A DNA stretch of 64,000 nucleotides from a virus: the IMG/VR virus record IMGVR_UViG_3300021091_000020, positions 1 through 64,000 of that record; one strand, written 5' to 3'. Below, one piece after another: positions 48,091 to 58,349 of the stretch (the stretch's first letter is position 1; each line of letters begins with the position of its first letter). Under the pieces are notes generated by a model that did not search any database, was not told the DNA's origin, and worked only from the letters and a program-made list of their open reading frames with translations. The position numbers and the translations under genes were made by a program.

Positions 48091-48543
48091 TCATTTTATA
48101 TTCTTTAATTGTTTTTCAAATTTAGTAATATCTGCTTCCGGCGTTCCATATTGTTTCAATATATCAATAAGTTCATCTTGGTTATTCTCTTTCAGAAATC
48201 TGATGTATGCATATACTTCATTTTTTCCCAACTCAAAGTGGTTACAAAGTGTAGATAGAATTTCTGGTTCTATTTCCATTTTGTGTTTAGACTTTATGTA
48301 TTTCAGGAAAATGGATTTCTTTGGGAGAATATCTAGCAAAAGTTTATAGTAATCCTTTGAAGATAGTATTCCATTTGAATATGTTTGAAACTCATTTATG
48401 ACTTCAACAAATTCCGGCTCCATTGAAAAGAAACGAGCAATCATATAATTGCTCCATGATTTTGTATCTTCTTCTGAAAGTTCTTCCCATTTTGTTTTAC
48501 GGAAAGTAACTCCTTTAATATGATCAAATAAACTTTTTGCCAT
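48091..48543 (-). CDS. Clamp-loader small subunit (T4 gp62-like)
   Basis: SLFDHI...YMI.RFFSM....N..Q...LPKK..FLKY.K; next to the clamp-loader ATPase. Confidence 0.7.
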   Translation of the reverse strand: MAKSLFDHIKGVTFRKTKWEELSEEDTKSWSNYMIARFFSMEPEFVEVINEFQTYSNGILSSKDYYKLLLDILPKKSIFLKYIKSKHKMEIEPEILSTLCNHFELGKNEVYAYIRFLKENNQDELIDILKQYGTPEADITKFEKQLKNIK

Positions 48544-48551
48544 GATAATCC

Positions 48552-48821
48552 TTAATCGTTTAGTTGTTGTCTTTTTGTTGGCATAAATTCGTCATTGATA
48601 TGACCACATTGCAAACAAGCATAAGTTGGAATTGGAACAATACCTTCCTGTCCGTTTGGCGAAATCAATGCCGAAATCTTTTTGAAGAAAGTTACTTCGT
48701 GAAAAAATTTGTGTCCACATTTTGCACATGCAATATCTGATGCTTGGTTTAGATCAAAACTAATTCTTTGTTGATCTTGTGGTGGTTGTCCACCACCATT
48801 GATGTCATAAATACCCATCAT
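48552..48821 (-). CDS. Zinc-ribbon protein
   Basis: CAKCG...KKISAL.SP.G...P.Y.C..CGH. Confidence 0.7.
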   Translation of the reverse strand: MMGIYDINGGGQPPQDQQRISFDLNQASDIACAKCGHKFFHEVTFFKKISALISPNGQEGIVPIPTYACLQCGHINDEFMPTKRQQLND

Positions 48822-49759
48822 TTTCTCCTTTGGTCAATTTCCATAATAATTTGAATAAACATAGCCATGGCATTTATTTCATGGTCTACAACAAAACTAT
48901 CTTTGTATTGTGCTTCAGCAATAATCAAAATAATAGTTGATACGAAACCATTAGCGAATGTATCAACAGTATCGTAAAGATGTCTGAACATTTGATTGAA
49001 GTCACGAACATGATTGTCAGCAAGTAACTGACGAATACCATCAAACTTTTCTTTTTTGTTTTTATTTGATTTGAGAATATCAACAATTGAAGAAAGATAA
49101 TTGTGTTCTACCAAAGTTGTTTCATCTAATTTCAAAACACCACCAATAACACATCGTTGAGTTGTGTTAATTACACGGCGAATATCTGGATATGATTGAT
49201 TGATAATCGTTGCAAGATTATCCTTTTCATACTTTATATTCTCACCATCAAGAATTTTTACAAGATGTTGTGCAACTTCTTTTTTTGACGGTGGAACTAT
49301 GTTAAAGATTTGACAACGAGATTGAATTGGATCAATAATCTTATCTACATAGTTACAAGTCAAAATAAAACGAGTTGTCTTACTGAATGTTTCAATTACA
49401 TTACGAAGTGCCGCCTGAGCATTTGGCGTCATGTAATCACATTCATCCAATATAATTAGTTTCAATCCACCAAAACCAATCGAAGAAGCAAACTGTTTGA
49501 TTTTATCACGAACAGTATCTACTGAATTTTCATCTGAAGCATTGATGTAAATATAATTATCTTTTGCAATAGTATTTGCAACAATCTTAGCAAGGGTAGT
49601 TTTACCACTACCGGCATCGCCATACAAAAGAAGATGTGGAACATCACTTGTATCAATATACTGTTGGAATGTTGCCTTTACAGTTTCATTGCCAACATAA
49701 GTGTCAAGTGTCTGTGGACGATACTTTTCATTCCAAATTGTGTGTGAAGCGTTAAACAT
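48818..49759 (-). CDS. Clamp-loader AAA+ subunit (RFC/gp44-like)
   Basis: W.EKYRPQ, GDAGSGKTT, NASD, LDECD, SRC. Confidence 0.93.
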   Translation of the reverse strand: MFNASHTIWNEKYRPQTLDTYVGNETVKATFQQYIDTSDVPHLLLYGDAGSGKTTLAKIVANTIAKDNYIYINASDENSVDTVRDKIKQFASSIGFGGLKLIILDECDYMTPNAQAALRNVIETFSKTTRFILTCNYVDKIIDPIQSRCQIFNIVPPSKKEVAQHLVKILDGENIKYEKDNLATIINQSYPDIRRVINTTQRCVIGGVLKLDETTLVEHNYLSSIVDILKSNKNKKEKFDGIRQLLADNHVRDFNQMFRHLYDTVDTFANGFVSTIILIIAEAQYKDSFVVDHEINAMAMFIQIIMEIDQRRK

Positions 49760-49818
49760 AACATACCTTATTGGTTAATAAATTCATCTACTAATATATG
49801 TAATTTTCGCCTAATATC

Positions 49819-50889
49819 CTAGCGATTTTTTTGAAATACGAAGATTGGCTCTCTTTTATAGCCAGCCCCCATAACAGCGGACAGTATCAGTTGTAGAGTA
49901 TCGGTGTGATCGAAACCAACTAGGTTGGCATACTTTATAGTCATTTCTTCCAAATCTTTATACTTTGGTGTGTTGGCTATGTTTATTAGCATATAGCCAC
50001 CCATTTTCAATCCGTGATAACAATTACGGAAAGTTGATTGAAGAAAACCAGAACCCCAAGTTTCACGGGTTGGAAATTTATTATACGATTGAGTTTCTTC
50101 ATCTGCATATTTTTCAGTATCGAAATATGGTGGCGATGTAAAACATAAATCTAAACTATCTTTTTCGGGAAGATAATCTTCCGAACCCATCATATTCAAT
50201 TGAATATCTTTACCGAGATAATCAAAATCATCGCGTAATTTACACAGACCTTCAAATGTTTTCGTTGATGGTTCTGTTCCAATATAAGTTTTAATATGAG
50301 GGGAAGCAAGAGCACCAACCAATCTTCCACCCCAACCACAAGACATATCCCACATCACACCGTCACCACCATACTTTTTATAGATAACACCAGCAGCAGT
50401 TGGTCTAAAATTGGAAACACCTTGAACACCAGAATATATTTTAAGTGATTGACGAAGACGGTTCTCTTGAAAGGAACTACCCCAATGTTTTGACAACCAC
50501 TTCAAACATTTGCGTATTGTCATTTTGAATGTTTGGTCATTCAAAAAATTATCGATTGGAGACATCTTTGAGTTTCCGCATTTAACTTCCATCGCGTGCG
50601 GAAAGTATGACCACGCTAACCGAAGTCCGTTCATGGTTTGAATTATATCACCGTCTTTGAAAATACTATCATAATCAAACTGTTGTAGTTTTCTCATGTG
50701 TTCATGTTTTTCGTGTTCAGTAATTTTCATATATGGATAACCGTGTTTGCGGTAATACTGAAAGATACAATCTATTGTATCATCCAATTCTCTTTTACCT
50801 GCAAAAAATTCACCGGTCTCTTTCCACAAACGAACTTCTAGCGGATCAACATCAAAGAATTTACTTAAACTATCGCCGTTAGGTTTCAT
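49819..50889 (-). CDS. DNA amino-methyltransferase (GWGGR/SPPY type)
   Basis: WDMSCGWGGRLVGA, FTSPPYF..EKY, C-terminal EPIFVF. Start corrected to MKPNGDSLSKFF. Confidence 0.85.
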   Translation of the reverse strand: MKPNGDSLSKFFDVDPLEVRLWKETGEFFAGKRELDDTIDCIFQYYRKHGYPYMKITEHEKHEHMRKLQQFDYDSIFKDGDIIQTMNGLRLAWSYFPHAMEVKCGNSKMSPIDNFLNDQTFKMTIRKCLKWLSKHWGSSFQENRLRQSLKIYSGVQGVSNFRPTAAGVIYKKYGGDGVMWDMSCGWGGRLVGALASPHIKTYIGTEPSTKTFEGLCKLRDDFDYLGKDIQLNMMGSEDYLPEKDSLDLCFTSPPYFDTEKYADEETQSYNKFPTRETWGSGFLQSTFRNCYHGLKMGGYMLINIANTPKYKDLEEMTIKYANLVGFDHTDTLQLILSAVMGAGYKREPIFVFQKNR

Positions 50890-50890
50890 G

Positions 50891-52516
50891 TTAGGGTTTA
50901 TAGAAAACAAAAATTGGTTCGTGCTTAAACCATTCACCATTGTATAAAACTTTATTTGCTAATCGTTCTGGATCGGAATTACCAATCATCTTTGTCATAA
51001 GCATACACATTTTACCTTTGTATTCCATTCCCAAAGATTTTAATATATCAATAGAATCTTGTTCAAGATTTATTGTTTTGGTTGCAGATACTTTGATATT
51101 TGCAATGTTCCAACAAATATATCTATCATTTTTCAAATAAGCAACAGCAGTTTCCAATGTTGGTTTCAAAAAGTTATCACGCCAATCTGCGTATTCTCCG
51201 TGTGCCTTATATGATTGTGTATCATCATCAGAATACATTTCACGATTGAAATACGGCGGTGATGTGAAAACAAAATCCAATTTACCTTTATACTTTTGAA
51301 AATCAGGATTGAATTGTATTGTTTCAGAACCATCTTGGAAAACTTCGTATGTATGGTCTTCTCTTACATCAAAGAACTTCGATGAAAGTGAACTACCTTT
51401 CTCACCAATAGACTTCAAATAAAAGTCTGCAAGATATTCATAACGAGTAATTCCCAAATCAGGAATTGAATTGTCTGTGTTTGGATCCGTTCCAACATAA
51501 TGTATCGGCCTACTCACCGACATTGCTCCTAAAATTCTTCCACCCCAACCGGCACTTGGATCATATACCGTAACCATTTCACTTGCTGGAATATGTTTTG
51601 TAAAATGTTCATACAAAAACTTTGCAGTCATTGGTGGAAAGTTTACAGCAGGTTGTGAGAAAGAAATACGGAATATCTGAAATGCTTGTGGAAATAATTT
51701 TGCACTCTTTTCATATACTCTTACCAAGAAAACATTTACTCTTGGTTCTTCACCGTCTTTTTTTATCATAAAATTATCAGACAGTTCTTCTATATCACCT
51801 AAATAAAATATCATACTCACATCAAGTATTCCATCCTTAACAAACTCACGGATTTGGTCTGCCTTTATAGTCAAATACTTTGTATATTTTTTATTGTAGG
51901 TTTCAAGTGTGCAAGATATTTTTGATATACGCAAACCTTGTCCATCAAATCTACCATCACCATTCTTAAATGCAAGAAAGAAATCGCGTAGAGTTTCACC
52001 TTCTCGGAAATAAGGGTTCTTGATTTGATTTGATGAAATAGATTTACTATAAAGATACATCGAGTCATTGTAAAGAGTTCTACGCATAACATGATGAAAA
52101 GTATCTTTCATTTCATCGGTAAAGAAATCATAGATTGATCTAGATGTCTCACCACTTGTTCCACTCGCAATCTTTGTTTTCAGCATCGTTGGAAAGAATT
52201 GATTAGCAGCAGAACCATTTTTAGAGAAATTGGCAATGACGCCGATTATATCTTTGTCATTGCCTTTATCTGGATTATGAAAAACTTTTGATGAATTGAA
52301 TTGACGGAGCTTTGAAAACGATTGAACAATCTCCTCTTCGGATCTGCCAACGAGTGGTGGTTTACCGTTTTCATCCCAATCTTTCAAAAACCTCATTCGT
52401 AAATCTTCTACCCATTCGGAAAACTTTTTATCATCATAAGTTACCAATTCACCGTATGTAATATTACACGGCCAAGATAGAACATTACCCTTTTCATAAA
52501 AATATTTTTTCATCAA
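50891..52516 (-). CDS. DNA amino-methyltransferase (GWGGR/SPPY type), large
   Basis: YDPSAGWGGRILGA, FTSPPYFNRE.Y, C-terminal EPIFVF. Confidence 0.85.
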   Translation of the reverse strand: MMKKYFYEKGNVLSWPCNITYGELVTYDDKKFSEWVEDLRMRFLKDWDENGKPPLVGRSEEEIVQSFSKLRQFNSSKVFHNPDKGNDKDIIGVIANFSKNGSAANQFFPTMLKTKIASGTSGETSRSIYDFFTDEMKDTFHHVMRRTLYNDSMYLYSKSISSNQIKNPYFREGETLRDFFLAFKNGDGRFDGQGLRISKISCTLETYNKKYTKYLTIKADQIREFVKDGILDVSMIFYLGDIEELSDNFMIKKDGEEPRVNVFLVRVYEKSAKLFPQAFQIFRISFSQPAVNFPPMTAKFLYEHFTKHIPASEMVTVYDPSAGWGGRILGAMSVSRPIHYVGTDPNTDNSIPDLGITRYEYLADFYLKSIGEKGSSLSSKFFDVREDHTYEVFQDGSETIQFNPDFQKYKGKLDFVFTSPPYFNREMYSDDDTQSYKAHGEYADWRDNFLKPTLETAVAYLKNDRYICWNIANIKVSATKTINLEQDSIDILKSLGMEYKGKMCMLMTKMIGNSDPERLANKVLYNGEWFKHEPIFVFYKP

Positions 52517-53232
52517 TTGTTATCCAATTTTACTAAATAATATTTTGCATCATAGTCATCAATATCAAATTCAACTTTTGCCAAACCTTCTGATGAAACT
52601 TTGAGTGTTCCACCATTCAAATCTTTATTAGCAGCAAGAATACCATTGAAGTATTTAGCAGAGAAACTAATTGGTTCAATATCATCACTAGCATTACAAT
52701 CAATATCAATTGAGATACGATTTGAATTTGTATTTGAATAACCGAGAACAATTTGATACTTATTCAGTTTATCATTTTTTAATACCGTAAACTTTTCAAT
52801 ATCCGATAGAGCAGACTTTGCCTTGATGAATTTATCAATAAATTCTTTTGTAATTGTAATATCCAACTCAAACTTTGGCAATTCTTTCAAGTCTGGTGCA
52901 GGTGGAATAACTGCAAGGTCAGCCAACATATAATTTACAGTAGTTGATTTATCATCAATAGTCAATGAGAATGCCTTATCACCAGCACCATTCACTTGAA
53001 AGTTTACTGTGTTACCAAGAACACCAAGAAGACTTACAAGCAAGTCTGTGTTATACACACCAAACTTCCAATCATCACCTTGAAAACTTTTCAACTTAAC
53101 TTCGCCAACTACACATTTATCATCAGAAATAAAACGAGTGGAAAGCCCACCATTTGCATTCCAAGCAACAGACTGTATCAGCTTACCCAAATGATACTTA
53201 CTGATAAAGTTCAACAACTTTGATTTTTCCAT
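52513..53232 (-). CDS. Sliding clamp (gp45/PCNA-like)
   Basis: 239-aa two-lobed alpha/beta pattern (FGVYNT..L..LL; L.VSSEGL..VEF.....Y.LV); lies between the polymerase and clamp loader. Confidence 0.75.
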   Translation of the reverse strand: MEKSKLLNFISKYHLGKLIQSVAWNANGGLSTRFISDDKCVVGEVKLKSFQGDDWKFGVYNTDLLVSLLGVLGNTVNFQVNGAGDKAFSLTIDDKSTTVNYMLADLAVIPPAPDLKELPKFELDITITKEFIDKFIKAKSALSDIEKFTVLKNDKLNKYQIVLGYSNTNSNRISIDIDCNASDDIEPISFSAKYFNGILAANKDLNGGTLKVSSEGLAKVEFDIDDYDAKYYLVKLDNN

Positions 53233-53267
53233 AACAACAATCCTTAATGAATAGTAAATAATTTATG

Positions 53268-53298
53268 CTAATATATGAAATTTTTGCGTAATTTCAAA
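53268..53298 (-). promoter_or_regulatory. Bacteroidota-type promoter (variant TATATTAG)
   Basis: On the - strand: TTTG, N19, TATATTAG, upstream of the clamp gene. Confidence 0.6.
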
Positions 53299-55810
53299 AC
53301 GAAAAAAACTTTTGTGCAACTTTTTTATTCTCGGTTGGGAAATCCCACTGCATTGCCTCATAGAAATTTTTTAACTTGCCATCCAATTCCGAAACAAATA
53401 ATTCATTGGCATCAAAATAATCCTTGACAAATTGTATAATTTCTTCTGGATCCGAATCACCACGAAATGCCAACTCTTCCAATCCGTATTTGTTTGATTT
53501 CAAATAAGCAATCTTAACCTTATCACCATTTTTAATTGGCGGATATTTAGGAGGACAACCAAATATAGTCAATAACTTATTATAGTTTATAGCCGCCTTG
53601 ATATGTGATGGCGTTCCCTTTGCATACTTACCGAGAACATCATCTTTAACGGGAGTAGCATACTTTTTAATATCTTTTATTGAAGAAGTTTTTGCAACCT
53701 CGTTTATCAAAACATCATTCAAATTCTTTTTGAAAGTCAATATGTATTCATCAATTTCATTTTTATCTTTACCTTTGAGAATATCAATCATCACATCCTT
53801 CATACATTTTTGAAATGATTTGGGAAAAGATGAACGAACAATATCCAAACCTTTAACTTCCAACTTATCCATTGGAACACCGTTATCAGAAATAATCCAA
53901 AGTGCATATCTCTTTTTCTTTTGCCAGAATCCTGTTCTACCAATCATTTCTTGTTTGATTTCCAAACGATGTTTGTCAGTATTGAATATCTTTTTGGCAA
54001 AAACATCATAAAATTGATTGACATAATCTTGAACTTCCGTTGCAATCTCATAAATCTTCGGCGTCATTGTTTCAATATCGTTTGTATCAATATCCGGAAA
54101 TCTATTATTCACCAAAGGTAAACACGAAACAAACACAGAGTCAGTATCAACATACTGCACATAATCAATATCATCGGTTTTCAATTCTTTATTGTATTTC
54201 ATATTGATAGCAGCTTCTGTTTTCTTGATAACCGTTTGACCAGAAAGTGTAACTGCTTCTGCATTGTCAATATCATAAAAACGAAATGCAGGTAATCCCA
54301 AGATACCATACATACTATTCAAAAGAATTTTCTGAACAAGTTGTCTTTTCTTGTAAAACTCATACTTTTCTGTATTTCCAGCTTTACCCCACTTCTTCAT
54401 TTCATTTTTATATTCCACCCGTTTATCAAACCAATCTGAAAGAATTGCTGGAATAAGTCCTGTTTTATCTGAACTATACATGACACCATTTGATGAAACT
54501 GTATACTTGTATTTATCAAGAAATGCTTTTAATTTTTCTTTTGATATACGGTCATTGCCAACAATATATTCATCTTTTTTTCCACGAAGAAAATCCTCAG
54601 CATTCCAATCTTCAATCTTAGCAATCTTTGTTTCTGGAGAAATGTTTAGTGTCATAATGATTGACGGATATAGTGATGTCAAATCCAAGTCATACATCCA
54701 ATCATATCTACCCGGAACAGGATCCTTAACAAATGCACCGATAAATCCTTTCTCACCGCTCTCTTTCAATTCTTGCATCTTTTCTTGTCTATCAGCAGGT
54801 TTGTTCGGAGCAACAACACCGCCAATATGTTTAAGATAAGTAAGCATAGCACCTTCCAAATACTTTGATGAATATACAAAGTCTTCATAAGGAACATGGC
54901 CAACATGAGCGATACCACGAACTAAATCAATATACTGTAACTTCTTGTCCAATTCGATAACCAACTCAACGTCAGTAATGTTGTATTCTATAAATGTATC
55001 AATATCATTTTCCATCAAGTCATCAAGGTTGCCTTCATACTCAACCTTACCACGACCAAGTTCGGTCATACAAACTGCGTTTAGAGCATAAGATGGTAAT
55101 TCTTTATATGAGAATTTTTTATACACGGTCATATAATCTAACACGGATGTTCCACCGATTGTATAACGATTACGATATGGTGAATAAAACATTTCACCAA
55201 TTACTGAAAGACTATTTGCTTGTTTTTTACCAAGAACTCTTTTGATACGATTATACAAATATGGAATATCGAATGCATCACAATTCCATCCAGTCATAAT
55301 ATGGGGTTGGATTTCTTGAATAGCATCTATGAATTTAAGCAACAAAGTTTTTTCATCTGGACAAGGAATTACTTTTTTGTTTTCCGTAGTTTTATTTTCC
55401 AATTTTCTTTTCTTGTCCAATACAAGAATTGTATATTGGTTTGTTGCGGAATCATGGTAAGCAATAGATGTAACTTCGTTATTACCTTGTGTTGGATCAG
55501 GAATACCGGTAATCATTTCAACCTCAATATCAAATGTCATTGTAACAATTCCTTTCGAGGGCATATCGGAATCACTATACATATCAACAAGAATACGAGT
55601 TGTCTCTGCAATATCCGATTCAAATAGGTCAGGATCATTCTTTACAAAGTTTGTAACCTTTGAAAGTTTATCACCGTATAGAGAAATATATTTACCGTTA
55701 GGATCTTTCTTGTAAGCATAAGGCGTGTATTCAAAATGCATCAAACCTTTGGCATCATCCCACACCCATGCTTCTTTTGTATTTGTTTTAACAAAAATGT
55801 TTTGATACAT
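53294..55810 (-). CDS. Family B DNA polymerase
   Basis: Exonuclease motifs FDIE, GWN...FD, YN..D. Polymerase motifs DLTSLYPS, KILLNSMYG, YVDTDS, KKRY. Start corrected to MYQNIF. Confidence 0.97.
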   Translation of the reverse strand: MYQNIFVKTNTKEAWVWDDAKGLMHFEYTPYAYKKDPNGKYISLYGDKLSKVTNFVKNDPDLFESDIAETTRILVDMYSDSDMPSKGIVTMTFDIEVEMITGIPDPTQGNNEVTSIAYHDSATNQYTILVLDKKRKLENKTTENKKVIPCPDEKTLLLKFIDAIQEIQPHIMTGWNCDAFDIPYLYNRIKRVLGKKQANSLSVIGEMFYSPYRNRYTIGGTSVLDYMTVYKKFSYKELPSYALNAVCMTELGRGKVEYEGNLDDLMENDIDTFIEYNITDVELVIELDKKLQYIDLVRGIAHVGHVPYEDFVYSSKYLEGAMLTYLKHIGGVVAPNKPADRQEKMQELKESGEKGFIGAFVKDPVPGRYDWMYDLDLTSLYPSIIMTLNISPETKIAKIEDWNAEDFLRGKKDEYIVGNDRISKEKLKAFLDKYKYTVSSNGVMYSSDKTGLIPAILSDWFDKRVEYKNEMKKWGKAGNTEKYEFYKKRQLVQKILLNSMYGILGLPAFRFYDIDNAEAVTLSGQTVIKKTEAAINMKYNKELKTDDIDYVQYVDTDSVFVSCLPLVNNRFPDIDTNDIETMTPKIYEIATEVQDYVNQFYDVFAKKIFNTDKHRLEIKQEMIGRTGFWQKKKRYALWIISDNGVPMDKLEVKGLDIVRSSFPKSFQKCMKDVMIDILKGKDKNEIDEYILTFKKNLNDVLINEVAKTSSIKDIKKYATPVKDDVLGKYAKGTPSHIKAAINYNKLLTIFGCPPKYPPIKNGDKVKIAYLKSNKYGLEELAFRGDSDPEEIIQFVKDYFDANELFVSELDGKLKNFYEAMQWDFPTENKKVAQKFFSF

Positions 55811-55811
55811 A

Positions 55812-57038
55812 TTATACCTTTTTGAACATCCATATTGGTTCACAAAACTTTTTATCTTTATTCTCTTGAGCAAACTGAACACTATCATCAAGAAAGTGTC
55901 CGTCTCTTGTAGCTGTTCCTGCACCGGCAGAGTTAGGTCTTTTGGACATTTCCATTCCGATACATCCCAAGTATTCCATTCCACTCTCTACAAGAAAATC
56001 ATTCATCGGGTTTGTTATCTCTAACCATTGTCTACCCGTAGACCATGCGGAATTTGTGTAAACATCTGCAATGTTTATTGCCATGACACCACCAACTCGC
56101 AATGATGGTATAATATTTCCTAGTGTCTTTTGTAGAAAATCTTTATTCCACATATCAATTCCTTTATATCGAACCCAACTCTGTGTATCTGATTGTGAAT
56201 ACTTCTCAACATTGAAATACGGTGGTGATGTAAACACCAAATCAAAATGTTCTGGATATTGTGAGAAATCAAAATCTTCTGCTGGTGATTGATAGAAATT
56301 TGTTTTCTTCTTACCTTCAAAGAAACCTAAATTCTTTTCATAGAACTGGACTTGTTCATCATATATCGGATGGTTTTCTACTCTTGGATCCAATCCAACA
56401 TAATGTTCGGTGCAAGAGGCAGCGTAAAATCCCGCAAGTCTGTCACCCCATCCCATAGAAAAGTCTAATACATTTTTTGCACCTAACATTTCGTACATAC
56501 ACTTTGCAACATTAGGTTTGAACTGTGAACAAATGTATTTACGCAATCCTAACATTGTTCTCAATTCTGATTTACCGATTGTTTCCATTTTAAGAGAATA
56601 CATAGAACCCATAAGTGACTTCATAAACTTATGGTTTTGCCATGTTCTAGCAGGACCTGGTGATACGGATGCATCAACTTCCCAACGGTTCTTTTGTTGG
56701 AAATAGTTTGATGCATCGTTACCAGTATTAAGACGACTGAAATATAACTGTTTTCCACCATAAGTCAAAGCATATTTTGGTTCGGATGCTTTTCTTGGAA
56801 ACCACTCACCTTCTTTTAGAATTTCATTCCAACGAATACCTTTCAATTTTAGAAACTCGCTTTGAGCACTTTCGATTGTAATATCCGCATACGGTAGTGG
56901 ATATGTCATTGCTATTTCAGCCAGACGGTCTTTGACATATTCTTTATCAAAGTTTTCTTTTATGTATGTTATTTGTTCAGCAGTTATGGATAGATACGGA
57001 TTCATTCCGTAAAATTGTTGGAAATAATCTTCTTCCAC
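55812..57038 (-). CDS. DNA amino-methyltransferase (GWGDR/SPPY type)
   Basis: LDFSMGWGDRLAG, FTSPPYFN.EKY, C-terminal EPIWMF. GTG start. Confidence 0.85.
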   Translation of the reverse strand: MEEDYFQQFYGMNPYLSITAEQITYIKENFDKEYVKDRLAEIAMTYPLPYADITIESAQSEFLKLKGIRWNEILKEGEWFPRKASEPKYALTYGGKQLYFSRLNTGNDASNYFQQKNRWEVDASVSPGPARTWQNHKFMKSLMGSMYSLKMETIGKSELRTMLGLRKYICSQFKPNVAKCMYEMLGAKNVLDFSMGWGDRLAGFYAASCTEHYVGLDPRVENHPIYDEQVQFYEKNLGFFEGKKKTNFYQSPAEDFDFSQYPEHFDLVFTSPPYFNVEKYSQSDTQSWVRYKGIDMWNKDFLQKTLGNIIPSLRVGGVMAINIADVYTNSAWSTGRQWLEITNPMNDFLVESGMEYLGCIGMEMSKRPNSAGAGTATRDGHFLDDSVQFAQENKDKKFCEPIWMFKKV

Positions 57039-57051
57039 AAAACACCTTTTG

Positions 57052-57348
57052 TTAATCTATTGAATAAAAAGCACCTATACGGTCACGAAGGTCATATACT
57101 ATTTGATATTTTCTAATAAATTCCTCTTGTGAATACACAATAGGTTTATTTTCTTCAACTACAATATAAGAATTTGGAAAACATTTTTGACCATCACCGA
57201 ATGTAATTACATATTTGTTTTCAAAGTTTTCATTCCTACCTATAATACATTCCCATTTTTCAGATGCTTCTTTTGCAGATTGTTCGCTACCATTAAAATG
57301 ATAGGCACCGAATTTACTGCGTTTTGGTTCGACCATAACAAAATCCAT
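57052..57348 (-). CDS. Hypothetical protein
   Basis: Operon packing. Confidence 0.65.
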   Translation of the reverse strand: MDFVMVEPKRSKFGAYHFNGSEQSAKEASEKWECIIGRNENFENKYVITFGDGQKCFPNSYIVVEENKPIVYSQEEFIRKYQIVYDLRDRIGAFYSID

Positions 57349-57353
57349 AACAA

Positions 57354-57638
57354 TTATTTCCTCATAATTTTTGTTTTAACTTCTTTCATAAATTCTGTAT
57401 CATTATCGCGTATTACCGGATCAATATAAGTCTTTCCGTCTTTTGATGATGTCCAAGGATCAGAAATTTCATCTTCCTCCGGCATCATTATTTCTTCCAA
57501 TAATTCCAAATCACCATGAGTTGCGGTGATGTGATCTTTAATTTGTTTTCTACTCTTACGATGTGCATGGACTTTATCATATTTTTCAGAAATTCCAGCA
57601 TTGCCTATTATAGGATTTTTTCTATATGAACGGCTCAT
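57354..57638 (-). CDS. Conserved basic phage protein
   Basis: MSRSYRKNP....SEK.DK..AHR..R...DPW...KDGK.Y. Confidence 0.7.
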   Translation of the reverse strand: MSRSYRKNPIIGNAGISEKYDKVHAHRKSRKQIKDHITATHGDLELLEEIMMPEEDEISDPWTSSKDGKTYIDPVIRDNDTEFMKEVKTKIMRK

Positions 57639-57658
57639 AATAATACCTTTAATAAAAA

Positions 57659-58306
57659 TTAAATGTCAATATCTTTCCAATCACCATTTGCAATAGTTTT
57701 TGTTGCCCATTTACCCATTATGTTTGCGTGTTTGTAGTAGTTATCTTCTATTATCGTTTCAAGTAATGTGGTTTCAAACATGAATGGTCTACCACTAACC
57801 TTTGTCATAAACTCACCACCTTGCCCCATCTTTCTATCTTTGAACTTAACTTCTTTACCAAAACCAGGATACGAACTTTCACAATCACTTGTTCCAATTA
57901 GTGTAGAACCATCGCCGTCTTTTGGAATATAGAGAATAGAATCCTGTTGATACTTACCGCCAAGATTTATCAAGTCTTCTCGCAATTTTCCTTTGTCTTT
58001 CAAATCAACAACAAAGTAAACATTTTCTTTAACTTCTTTTGCATCAGGTGTTCCGTAGTTTTCAATATAAGCACCTTGAACTGCAGTAACACCGTAACCC
58101 ATCATTTGAAGATTGGCATATAATTGTCTGTTTCTTTTTTGATTGTCACCTTTTGAATATGGTTTATCTTCAGCTGTAGCACAACCTTCTTTGGAACGAA
58201 ATGCAGTTATTGTGCCACAATCATGTTCTTCCATATGTTTTGACAATCGAGCAAGCCCACTCTCGTTTAATTGTTTATCTGGTAATAAATGTTTTAACTT
58301 TGCCAT
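57659..58306 (-). CDS. Conserved phage protein with LKHLL..QLNE leader
   Basis: NES.L.R...ITAFR...N..RN..L...G.Y.E...E..YFV...LG.KY.QDS.L; ATATTTAT motif upstream. Confidence 0.7.
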   Translation of the reverse strand: MAKLKHLLPDKQLNESGLARLSKHMEEHDCGTITAFRSKEGCATAEDKPYSKGDNQKRNRQLYANLQMMGYGVTAVQGAYIENYGTPDAKEVKENVYFVVDLKDKGKLREDLINLGGKYQQDSILYIPKDGDGSTLIGTSDCESSYPGFGKEVKFKDRKMGQGGEFMTKVSGRPFMFETTLLETIIEDNYYKHANIMGKWATKTIANGDWKDIDI

Positions 58307-58349
58307 TGTTTCTCTCTGTTATGTAAACTGTTTACAATAAATATCAAAA

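Noticed and set aside
49791-49821. Promoter upstream of the clamp loader
   Set aside because: TATATTAG is present but no TTTG lies at the expected spacing, so it was not listed as a feature.
53294-55810. Intein or intron in the DNA polymerase
   Set aside because: 838 aa with contiguous motifs and no splice-junction or homing-nuclease signature.
55811-55984. N-terminal extension of the polymerase in the ORF track; similar extensions at 50890-50940, 30873-31010, 2390-2467 and 6423-6614
   Set aside because: Each overlaps the upstream gene in another frame, and a better start lies just after or at the upstream stop.
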